The notes beneath the pieces were generated by a model. That model saw only the letters and a list, made by a program, of their open reading frames with translations, was not told the origin of the DNA and did not search any database. The position numbers and the translations under genes were made by a program. Positions 35,440-43,339 of a DNA stretch of 64,000 nucleotides are shown piece by piece. The DNA comes from Omnitrophica bacterium GWA2_41_15. Lineage in GTDB: Bacteria; Omnitrophota; Gorgyraeia; Gygaellales; UBA12090. Positions within the stretch are counted from its first letter, which is position 1. Every line of letters starts with the position of its first letter. Location: NCBI GenBank assembly GCA_919902675.1, contig CAKKRH010000007.1, forward strand, positions 12,942 through 76,941, in the 5' to 3' direction.

Positions 35440-36720
35440 ATGTTTTACGCCATACTCTTATTTATCTTTTACCGGCCCTTTATCTCTTCTTTGTCCTTCC
35501 CGGTTTTAAATTCAGCCTATTCCACCATCTTTCTGCTTTTTCTAATCATCTGGACTATCCTGAAACGCGAAGGCATACAAAAAAACCTCCCGGCAAAACT
35601 AAAGCCACCGCTCATACTCTTCATCCTGTCTCTTATTGTTTCAACCTTATTTTCTCAAAACAAAACCCATAGCCTCCAGGAATTCCCGCAATATCTCATC
35701 GGCCTACTGCTGTTTATGCTCCCGTTCTCATTATCGCCTAAAAACAAAAAGCTCGTCCTTTCAGCCATTATCCTTGCCGGATTAGGCATAAGCCTGCTGG
35801 CTATTTACCAGTATTTATTTGGCTTTGAATATATCCTTGATTATTTAGCCAAAGAAAACACTCCTTCCGCCGGCCTCATCACTTACCTTAGCCAAAGACG
35901 GGCCTTCCTGCCTTTTATCAGCCCAAATACCTTAGCCGGATACCTGATAATGATTATACCCCTAAGCCTGGCCTTTAAAAAGCGGATTTTCTTCATTTTA
36001 CCCCTGGGGCTAGCTTTATTACTCACCAAATCCTTAGGAGCGCTTTTTAGCCTATTCATAGGATCAATGCTATACTTTTACCTAAATAACCAAAAGGGCA
36101 GGCGGAAAATTGCCCTACTTTGCGGTTTCTCGGTGATTATCCTGCTGATTTTTCTTCTTCGCCAAAATAGCGGCTCTCAATTCAACCAACCCGGATTCTC
36201 ATTGCTAAGGCGCTGGGATTATTGGAAGGAAACTGTTGAAATTATAAAGCTTTTCCCCTTTTTGGGGGTGGGATTGGGGGCTCTACATCTCAGCCAGGTC
36301 AGATATGCCCACAACTGCTATTTGCAAATCTGGGCGGAGATGGGAATATTCGGAATCGCTTCTTTCTTTTGGTTGATAGCTGAAACCTATAGTTTAATCA
36401 ATCCTTCGACACCACGGTCTAAAGACCGTGGTTTGCTCAGGATTGATACTGAGAGCGGCGTAACCTTTCCCCGCCCTAAAGGGCGGGGTTTGAACGCCGC
36501 CGAATGTATCAAACGCGATTTTCTAAACAAAAAAAATATTTCTGTATTATCTGCCGCGATATTCACCTTTATCATCCATAATCTGGTTGATTTTACTTTT
36601 TCTCTGCCTGAAACAAGTTTCATCTGGTGGATAATCTTCGGTACCTACATCTCTCTCCATGAGCCTAAAACTACCGCAACATTTGTTGACGGCGGGGGTG
36701 TGCCCGTAACCCTCAGCTGA
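35440..36720 (+). CDS. O-antigen ligase/polymerase-family membrane protein (Wzy_C-like) carrying an in-frame repeat-element insertion
   Basis: Polytopic protein. YAHNCYLQIWAEMGIFG matches the O-antigen-ligase-domain core. The frame stays open through the 36396-36513 element, and TM-like sequence resumes after it (AAIFTFIIHNLVDFTFSLPETSFIWWIIFG). The track start at 35410 is a TTG. Confidence 0.7.
   Translation: MFYAILLFIFYRPFISSLSFPVLNSAYSTIFLLFLIIWTILKREGIQKNLPAKLKPPLILFILSLIVSTLFSQNKTHSLQEFPQYLIGLLLFMLPFSLSPKNKKLVLSAIILAGLGISLLAIYQYLFGFEYILDYLAKENTPSAGLITYLSQRRAFLPFISPNTLAGYLIMIIPLSLAFKKRIFFILPLGLALLLTKSLGALFSLFIGSMLYFYLNNQKGRRKIALLCGFSVIILLIFLLRQNSGSQFNQPGFSLLRRWDYWKETVEIIKLFPFLGVGLGALHLSQVRYAHNCYLQIWAEMGIFGIASFFWLIAETYSLINPSTPRSKDRGLLRIDTESGVTFPRPKGRGLNAAECIKRDFLNKKNISVLSAAIFTFIIHNLVDFTFSLPETSFIWWIIFGTYISLHEPKTTATFVDGGGVPVTLS
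36396..36513 (+). mobile_element. structured repeat element, copy B, inserted in frame in a coding sequence
   Basis: Near-identical (one 1-nt indel) to the reverse complement of 11536-11652. It is translated as about 39 residues, ...NPSTPRSKDRGLLRIDTESGVTFPRPKGRGLNAAECIK..., between hydrophobic segments. Confidence 0.75.
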
Positions 36721-37127
36721 ATTCTCCTCACCGCTATCACAGCGTTTGAGGCATCCAAGACTTCGCCGGTAGCATCAATTATTCTCTCCCCTGTCCCGAG
36801 GCTCACGATATACCTATACCTCCCGCTTCCCATAGACACATTCGTGGAACTGGTTGTGCCGGAGTTAGTTCTGGCCCAGGCCTTGGCCTCTTCAATGCCC
36901 GCCTGGGCTAAATAAAAAGCTGATTGACTGTTCTTTTCTAAGGAGCGCACCTGTATTTCCACATGCCACAAAGAGGCCAAAACAGCCGTTATGACTACCG
37001 CGACCACAAAGAAAAATAAAACAAGCATGAGAATCTGTCCGCTCTTTGCGTTGTTAAGCGACGCGCGGTTAAACTTGCTTTTTGTTCTAGAATTTCTAAT
37101 AGAAATAAAACTTTTTCTCGTTCTCAA
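36645..37127 (-). CDS. PilX-N-like pilus minor component
   Basis: One N-terminal TM (ILMLVLFFFVVAVVITAVL) is followed by SAFYLAQAGIEEA, the pattern seen in PilX N-terminal domains. The start overlaps the upstream ORF by 4 nt (ATGA). Confidence 0.55.
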   Translation of the reverse strand: MRTRKSFISIRNSRTKSKFNRASLNNAKSGQILMLVLFFFVVAVVITAVLASLWHVEIQVRSLEKNSQSAFYLAQAGIEEAKAWARTNSGTTSSTNVSMGSGRYRYIVSLGTGERIIDATGEVLDASNAVIAVRRIQLRVTGTPPPSTNVAVVLGSWREM

Positions 37128-37378
37128 TTTTGATACTCCATGGAAAGAAGTGTGAAATTAGAAGTCCAGCGGGCGATGCCTTTAGAGACGCGGAATTCGT
37201 CTATTTGACCATTCAAACAATTGCCTGTTCCATTAGCCCCTGCTCCAATAAATAATGAGGCTGAAAAATCAGGCACAGCATCAGCATCGCTTTCATCGGT
37301 CCCCAAGTGTTTCTCATTCACAAATATTTTCCAAGTACCTCCATTATCTATGATGACGACATGATACCAAACACTCAC
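37124..37378 (-). pseudogene. C-terminal half of a LamG (concanavalin-like lectin) domain; probable remnant
   Basis: WYHVVIIDNGGTWKIFVNEKHLG...LNGQIDEFRVSKGIARW covers only the second half of a LamG fold. It opens with GTG and is preceded in the same frame by TAA-AAG-TAA. Confidence 0.5.
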
Positions 37379-37438
37379 AATTTGGAATTGGTAGAAGCAT
37401 AAAACTATGAGTTGTGGAGCGATGTCCCGTGCTTACTT

Positions 37439-38110
37439 TTACTGGAAAGAAGAGACTTGACCCTCTGCCATTTCGTCGGCACTTAATACACGGTTAAAAA
37501 CAGCTACCTCATCAATGATGCCGTCGAATGTTGCTGCTCCGTTCTGCTGGTTACCAATAATAAGGGGTTGCGTGTCATCTGCCCGAGAGGCGCCGGTTTC
37601 ATTTTGAGTAACTTTATATGCAAGCTCAACACCGTTTTTATAGATATGTACATTGCTAGCGCTAGTAGACCCATCCCATGTTACCACCATGTACTGCCAA
37701 GTGTTAAAGGAAACTGTATTGTCGGCTGTTGATCTTTTCAAATCAGTATCGCCTTCTTTATAAAAAGTGAACGCATTAACCTCTGGAGCAGTGTTGTCTA
37801 TGGTAAAGGTCCAAAATCCAACATCACCCCAATTAATAGCATTCTTACAAATAATCCTACCACCACCTCCCTCTCCTGCGCTTCTTGGATAAATCCAGGC
37901 TGAAATTGTGATCGGCACAATGTTGTTCAATGTAGATGGATTTCCTACATAAGCATAATCATCCACCCCATTAAAATCCCTGGCCCCGCCAAATTTGCCA
38001 GCCACCACGGTGGTTCCACTCGCCGTAGCATTGTTGGCGTTGACGGTTGAGTCGTATAATGTCGGGCTAGTTTCCTCAAAATGCCAGAGGCCGACGGCGT
38101 TAGCGTTAGC
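37439..38110 (-). CDS. LamG-domain protein; the open frame begins right after the upstream gene's TGA and has no start codon until GTG at 38008
   Basis: FNGVDDYAYVG...ITISAWIYP...WQYMVVTWDG...FDGIIDEVAVFNRVLSADEM is a full LamG_3-type domain. The 34 codons upstream of the tracked GTG (ANANAVGLWHFEETSPTLYDSTVNANNATASGTT) look like the domain's usual first strand. Confidence 0.6.
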   Translation of the reverse strand, partial: ANANAVGLWHFEETSPTLYDSTVNANNATASGTTVVAGKFGGARDFNGVDDYAYVGNPSTLNNIVPITISAWIYPRSAGEGGGGRIICKNAINWGDVGFWTFTIDNTAPEVNAFTFYKEGDTDLKRSTADNTVSFNTWQYMVVTWDGSTSASNVHIYKNGVELAYKVTQNETGASRADDTQPLIIGNQQNGAATFDGIIDEVAVFNRVLSADEMAEGQVSSFQ

Positions 38111-38617
38111 TCAATTCCTGGGACGCGCCTTACTTTTCAGGGTGCAGAAGCGAGTGCCCTTGCGCACGGTAAGCTCGATACTGACTAAATTATTACCGGC
38201 AACGCTAAAGACTGAGTTGGTGTTAGCGACAAGATTGACCAATTCCTTTTTGGAGCTTGAGGAGTTGGCGGATGATAAATTCGCGCCCACACCGCGGAAT
38301 ATAAAGCCGCTATTGCCGTATCCCCCGCCGTCTCCCCGCCAATAAAACACAAGCTCGGTGTCGGCTACCAGCGGCGAACTAAAACATATCCCGTCTATGC
38401 CGACTGTGTTAACCGTGGAATTACGAGCCCGCCTGATTTCATTTACCATAGACTCCATTGCCCAACGGACATTATTAAACAGCTCTATGCCGGACTTTTG
38501 CTTTAGCCAGGCCTGCTGAATTGAGACTAAAGCCATAATTACCGCCAGGGCCACAAAAGTAAGTATGGTAATAGCCACCATCATCTCAATCAGGGTAGTT
38601 CCCCTTTTATTTCGCAT
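38111..38617 (-). CDS. pseudopilin with prepilin-type N-terminal methylation motif (PilW/GspJ-like)
   Basis: MRNKRGTTLIEMMVAITILTFVALAV is a class III signal peptide plus hydrophobic helix with Glu at position +5. Confidence 0.7.
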   Translation of the reverse strand: MRNKRGTTLIEMMVAITILTFVALAVIMALVSIQQAWLKQKSGIELFNNVRWAMESMVNEIRRARNSTVNTVGIDGICFSSPLVADTELVFYWRGDGGGYGNSGFIFRGVGANLSSANSSSSKKELVNLVANTNSVFSVAGNNLVSIELTVRKGTRFCTLKSKARPRN

Positions 38618-38620
38618 TAT

Positions 38621-39103
38621 TTAATAATTAGCTTTTAAAGAATAAGCGGAAAAACTCCCCCCGCTCCAGGATACGGTCGCATTGAGCTGCTTAAGAGGAG
38701 TTGAAGCATACAGCGGCCCATCGGTAATTGTCAAGACACAGCTATAGATAATACTATTAATGGTGCTAGATGGATATGCGTATGTCCCATTTGTCACTAT
38801 TCCGTCAGAGACGCCATCCAGCGCGTCCAAAGCTGACCATGAGCTGTATTCCTCCAACATCTGCCTGGCCAAACTACAAGCGCCGATATACTTCATACTC
38901 TTGGTGTTGGCGCCATACCCCTGGCTGATGATCTGTATGGTGTAGACAAAGAATAAAGACATTAACGTGATCCCCACTATAGTCTCAAAAACACTAAACC
39001 CCCAAACCTTTTTTCTGGCTAAGCTTTTAATGCTCTTAAAAGGTTTGAGGGCTGATTTTCTATTTCCGGGTATTGTCTGCTTTATAGCTAAAGGCGCAAC
39101 CAT
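38621..39103 (-). CDS. pseudopilin (PilV/GspI-like)
   Basis: A long leader precedes GFSVFETIVGITLMSLFFV, a prepilin cleavage/methylation-type segment. Confidence 0.6.
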   Translation of the reverse strand: MVAPLAIKQTIPGNRKSALKPFKSIKSLARKKVWGFSVFETIVGITLMSLFFVYTIQIISQGYGANTKSMKYIGACSLARQMLEEYSSWSALDALDGVSDGIVTNGTYAYPSSTINSIIYSCVLTITDGPLYASTPLKQLNATVSWSGGSFSAYSLKANY

Positions 39104-39157
39104 ATGATAGACATTATTCCAAGAATTATACTGCCGGCGGTTGTTCCGATTTAGAAA

Positions 39158-39631
39158 TCATTCTATCTTGGTGTAACCGGTATCATAATACACCGTGATA
39201 TTCTTTGTCTTCCCCTGATTTTCTAAAGAAAAACTGCTGACGGCCCCGCCGCTTCCGTTTTCCGCGTATATATTGCCCCGGGGAGAATAAATCCAGAGGT
39301 TTACCCGCGCCAACTGCAGCGATACTTTCATCATCACATCTTTTAAAAGATTTTCCGCCGTTAAATCCGCGGATGTTCCGGTAGGCGACTTATACACAGA
39401 ATATTTACTGGGAACAGCATTAGTGAAGACCACCGCGTGCCCTGCGTTAGTAGCCACAGTCCTTTGCCTGGCCCAGGAGATATCGCTTACGGCCTTTCTG
39501 GTCTCCGCGTCCAGAATTAAAGAACGCAGGCTGTTAACCGCGACCACGGTTGTTCCGGCCATCGTAGCCACGATTACCAAAACTACCATGGTTTCCGCCA
39601 GGGTGAAACTGCGGCGTTCTTTCTTTACCAT
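39158..39631 (-). CDS. pseudopilin (GspH/FimT-like)
   Basis: KERRSFTLAETMVVLVIVATMAG is a prepilin-type N-terminus. Size and position fit GspH/FimT-type minor pilins. Confidence 0.6.
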   Translation of the reverse strand: MVKKERRSFTLAETMVVLVIVATMAGTTVVAVNSLRSLILDAETRKAVSDISWARQRTVATNAGHAVVFTNAVPSKYSVYKSPTGTSADLTAENLLKDVMMKVSLQLARVNLWIYSPRGNIYAENGSGGAVSSFSLENQGKTKNITVYYDTGYTKIE

Positions 39632-39645
39632 GAAAGAGCCTTTCT

Positions 39646-40185
39646 TTAGTTAACCTCGCCATCCCGGGAAACCAAAATATTCACGGTATAAGCGCTTCCG
39701 ACGGGGATGTAACGGACCCATCCGCTTGAGGCATTAAGCGTGATATCTATAAAGCGGTCCAACCTTTGGGCGTCAGCTAAAGGCACGCTGGTTATAGAAA
39801 TATACCTCTCTCCCGCGAGTGATAAATTAAAGTTTGCCCCTGAAGACAAGCTATACCAGGCGTATGTGCCTCCCCAGGGATCAGCAACCTGCCAGCGATC
39901 TAAATATGGACCATCCCAGGTTGCCGATATGCTGCCACCCGGATCTACCATAAAATCCGCTCCGGTAGCAGATGTTGCCGGCCATACTTTATTATCGGAA
40001 AAATAAGCTACTGCCGCGTTCTTGACTGCCCCATAAAACTTCTCAACCGCGGAGGTCTTTCCCTTGTTTATATTCCGGTAAATCTGAGGAAGCACGCCCA
40101 CAGCCAAAGCAGCCAATACCGCGATAACCACCATTAATTCTATTAAGGAAAAACCATTATGCTGATGCGCGCTACGATACATCAT
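39646..40185 (-). CDS. type IV pilin / GspG-like pilin, paralog 2
   Basis: NGFSLIELMVVIAVLAALAV (G|F cleavage site, E+5). It shares DGPYLDRWQ...PWGG with the neighbouring pilin. Confidence 0.75.
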   Translation of the reverse strand: MMYRSAHQHNGFSLIELMVVIAVLAALAVGVLPQIYRNINKGKTSAVEKFYGAVKNAAVAYFSDNKVWPATSATGADFMVDPGGSISATWDGPYLDRWQVADPWGGTYAWYSLSSGANFNLSLAGERYISITSVPLADAQRLDRFIDITLNASSGWVRYIPVGSAYTVNILVSRDGEVN

Positions 40186-40191
40186 AGAAAA

Positions 40192-40677
40192 TTAACTTAC
40201 CGGGCCATCACGGGAAACCAAAATAGACAAAGTAGTTCCGCTATAACGGACCCATCCCGTAGTTGCACCAGATGTACCATCCGTATGCAAATCTATCCTT
40301 GCGGAATCCGCGGCTGGCACGAGAGTAGCCGTAATATACCTTTCTCCGGCAGAAGCGCCAAAAGTTGTACCGGTTTGATTAACCCAAGTAAATACCCCAC
40401 CCCAAGGATTAGTTGATTGCCAGCGATCAAGATACGGCCCGTCCCAAGTCGCGGCTCCGGTTGTAATCAGAAAACCATTAGTATCTGCCGGCCAAGACAT
40501 ATTATCCGAATAAAAACTAGTGGCCCCAGTCTTTACTGCCGCGTAAAATTGTTCGCAGGCGGCGGTTTTGCCCTTATTTATCTGCCGGAAAACCTGAGGC
40601 GAAATAACCGCCAATAACACCCCGATAATAGCAATAACCACCATTAACTCAATTAAAGTAAAAGCCTTCTTCATCAT
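40192..40677 (-). CDS. type IV pilin / GspG-like pilin, paralog 1 (likely major subunit)
   Basis: MMKKAFTLIELMVVIAIIGVLLAV. It is the first pilin after pilB, and AAGGAGG precedes its start. The -1 residue is Ala rather than Gly. Confidence 0.75.
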   Translation of the reverse strand: MMKKAFTLIELMVVIAIIGVLLAVISPQVFRQINKGKTAACEQFYAAVKTGATSFYSDNMSWPADTNGFLITTGAATWDGPYLDRWQSTNPWGGVFTWVNQTGTTFGASAGERYITATLVPAADSARIDLHTDGTSGATTGWVRYSGTTLSILVSRDGPVS

Positions 40678-40810
40678 CTTTTGTTACCTCCTTTTCATTT
40701 CCTGATTAATAAAATTATGCCGGCTCACTAAGGAAAATGCAACTCGTTATGGTAAATTTGCCTATGTAAAGCATATCACATCTTCACCTCCTTTTCAAGG
40801 CTGCCTATGG

Positions 40811-42487
40811 CTAACTCCCTGACTCTATAGTGATGCGAATTACCTCCTCAGCGCTAATCAGGCCGGACAACAACTTATCGACAGCTGTTTTTCTTAAGGT
40901 CTCCATTCCTTCTTTTATCGCGGCGAGACGAATCTCCTCCGCGGATGCCTTCCTTAACACCAAATCCTGAATAGCCGGACTTACGCAAAGCAGTTCAAAA
41001 ATGCCTACCCGCCCCTTGAAGCCGCTTTGAGCGCAATACTGACAGCCTTTTCCCCGGTTAAACTTTACCCCTTTAGCTATCATATTCTCCAGGCCAAGAG
41101 TCTTCAGCACTTCATCGCTGGGGATATACTCCTCCTTGCACTTATCACAAATTCGTCTGGCCAGCCTCTGGGCAAGCACTCCCAGTAAAGCGGAAGATAT
41201 TAAAAACGGCTCTATACCCATATTGATCAGACGGGTAAAAACGGTCGCGGCATCATTAGTATGTATGGTTGAAAACACAAGGTGTCCGGTTAAAGCGGAC
41301 TGCACCGCGATCTCCGCGGTCTCCCGGTCGCGTATTTCTCCCACCATAATAATATTAGGGTCCTGCCTTAAGAAAGAACGCACGGCCACGGCGAAGGTGA
41401 GGCCGGACTTAGGGTTCACGTGAACCTGGCGCATCCCAGGGAATTGATATTCCACGGGATCCTCCACGGTCATTATGTTTATATTCTCTTTATTAAGCAA
41501 TTGGAGGGCAGCGTATAAGGTGGTGGTCTTCCCGCTTCCGGTCGGGCCGGTAACCAGGATTATTCCGTAAGGAGAAGCGATTAACTCCTTGGATAAGCGC
41601 AATTCGCGCTCGGGAAAGCCCAGGGAATCCAAGGTTAAAGTAAGGCTGGATTTATCCAGGATCCTCAATACCACATTTTCTCCGTAAACCGTAGGGCAGG
41701 TGGAAACCCGGAAATCTATGTCCCGGTTACCTATCTTCATCATAATCCTGCCGTCCTGGGGCAGGCGCTTGTCGGCGATGTCTAATCCGGACATAATCTT
41801 AATCCGGGAAATAATCGCTCCGGCTAAATCTATAGACAGAGAGTAGTTCCGATGCAGCATGCCGTCAACGCGGTAACGGACATTCAAAATCCTCTTTTCC
41901 GGCTCAATATGTATATCGGAGGCCCTAAGCTGGACAGCCTGAAAAATCAGGTAATTAACAATTTTAACGATGGGCGCGTCCTCGCCCTTCTTTTCCATCT
42001 CCGCCAGCTTAGTCTTGTCTATTGAAGCGATGATTTCATCCAGACTACTGATGCCGCCAAAACACTGATCCTGGACCTTGCGGATTTCAAGCTCATCGGC
42101 AAAAACCGGATCAATAGTATAATGGGTCATTCGCCGCAATTCATCTATAATCATTACATTATTAGGCTCAGCCATAGCTATGGTGAGAATATTCTCAATC
42201 AGGAATACGGGAACAACCCTATACTTACGGGCGAAATCCTCCGGCACAAGCTTAAATACCTCAGGGCTGATGAGATAAGATGAAAGATTAAAAGCGGTAA
42301 CTCCGCTTTGTATAGACAGGTAGCGCTCGCGATCTTCAAGGTTAAGCCAGCCTTTGCGCACCAAAATCTCACCTATCTTTTCGCCGGTTTGCTTCTGCTC
42401 TTTTAATACCTCCTCAAGCTGAGACTCAAGAATCAGCCCCTGTTCCACCAGCACTTCGCCAATTTTCTTATTAATAATTATCGACAT
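40811..42487 (-). CDS. pilB: type IV pilus assembly ATPase (GspE/PilB family) with MshEN-type N-terminal domain
   Basis: 558-aa ORF. It has Walker A GPTGSGKTT, Asp/His boxes and a tetracysteine motif (CDKC...CQYC). The N-terminus has two 24-residue KIGExLV...G..L....L...L..Q motifs. Confidence 0.9.
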   Translation of the reverse strand: MSIIINKKIGEVLVEQGLILESQLEEVLKEQKQTGEKIGEILVRKGWLNLEDRERYLSIQSGVTAFNLSSYLISPEVFKLVPEDFARKYRVVPVFLIENILTIAMAEPNNVMIIDELRRMTHYTIDPVFADELEIRKVQDQCFGGISSLDEIIASIDKTKLAEMEKKGEDAPIVKIVNYLIFQAVQLRASDIHIEPEKRILNVRYRVDGMLHRNYSLSIDLAGAIISRIKIMSGLDIADKRLPQDGRIMMKIGNRDIDFRVSTCPTVYGENVVLRILDKSSLTLTLDSLGFPERELRLSKELIASPYGIILVTGPTGSGKTTTLYAALQLLNKENINIMTVEDPVEYQFPGMRQVHVNPKSGLTFAVAVRSFLRQDPNIIMVGEIRDRETAEIAVQSALTGHLVFSTIHTNDAATVFTRLINMGIEPFLISSALLGVLAQRLARRICDKCKEEYIPSDEVLKTLGLENMIAKGVKFNRGKGCQYCAQSGFKGRVGIFELLCVSPAIQDLVLRKASAEEIRLAAIKEGMETLRKTAVDKLLSGLISAEEVIRITIESGS

Positions 42488-42526
42488 TTTATGCCTTCAA
42501 CTTATAGTCTATGGACTTTTTATCAG

Positions 42527-43339
42527 CTACCAGACTTTTTCCCGCCACCAGGAATCAAGCTTTTTAGCCTTGCCTAAGAAACCCTTCAAAATCCCCGGTT
42601 TATTTTCCCGGCTCATATTAAAACAAGAAATCTGATCATTTCTTAATTTCTTAGAATTACCATTCTTCCCAGAGAGACTATTTTCTTTAATTTCTTCTTT
42701 CTGTTTCTCGCTTACTTCCTTAGCCGGGCGCGGCTCTGCTTGGACGGTATCGCGCGCTGACCGGCTTTCGCGCTCTTCCTTCAAAGCCTTAAGCTGACCC
42801 TCCAGGGAAACCTTTTCCTTACGCAATTTATCTAACTGTTTCCTGGTCAGGGCCTCTTCTTTAGAATAATCAGCCTCACGGCTTGCTTTACGGCCAATAG
42901 CTTCTTCCTTGGGCGGCGCTGGTTGGGCCTTTTTTAATTCTTCGATTGTCTTATTTTTCTTTTGAATAAAGGCGGTAGACTGCTCCGGGGAATTTAAAAG
43001 CTCTTGATTATTATGGCGCGAGGACTGTTGCTTTGACTGTGAATCTTTAAATTTAGTTTCTGTGGCTATTTTTTCACTTTGCGGGGCGTCCGGATCTTTT
43101 TTTTCTTTTTTTACCTTTTGTTCCTCAGGGCTTTGCTTCTTGCTTAAAATATCCTCATACTTTATTTTAAGCGACTCAACCGCTTTTTCTTCCTCAATAA
43201 TATTAGCCTGAAGCCTCTCCAGATACAATTCCATCTGCTCATTATCAGACTTTAAAGGTGAACTATAGGCCGGATAATCAACTAAAAAACAAATCCCCCA
43301 TAGACAGAGAAATAATGCCGTCCGATTAACTTTCATCAA
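42527..43339 (-). CDS. secreted Lys/Glu/Gln-rich coiled-coil protein, unknown function
   Basis: A signal peptide (ALFLCLWGICFLVDYPAYS) is followed by low-complexity charged sequence. It overlaps the secretin stop by 4 nt, so it is co-translated in the pilus operon. Confidence 0.5.
   Translation of the reverse strand: MMKVNRTALFLCLWGICFLVDYPAYSSPLKSDNEQMELYLERLQANIIEEEKAVESLKIKYEDILSKKQSPEEQKVKKEKKDPDAPQSEKIATETKFKDSQSKQQSSRHNNQELLNSPEQSTAFIQKKNKTIEELKKAQPAPPKEEAIGRKASREADYSKEEALTRKQLDKLRKEKVSLEGQLKALKEERESRSARDTVQAEPRPAKEVSEKQKEEIKENSLSGKNGNSKKLRNDQISCFNMSRENKPGILKGFLGKAKKLDSWWREKVW

Noticed and set aside
38111-38113. The in-frame TGA between the pseudopilin and LamG as evidence of an alternative genetic code (UGA = Gly or Trp) or of selenocysteine.
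   Set aside because: All conserved genes in the window translate full-length under the standard code with no internal TGA. I saw no convincing SECIS-like hairpin just downstream of this TGA, and no sel genes are present. Readthrough and decay remain open and are reported as a finding.
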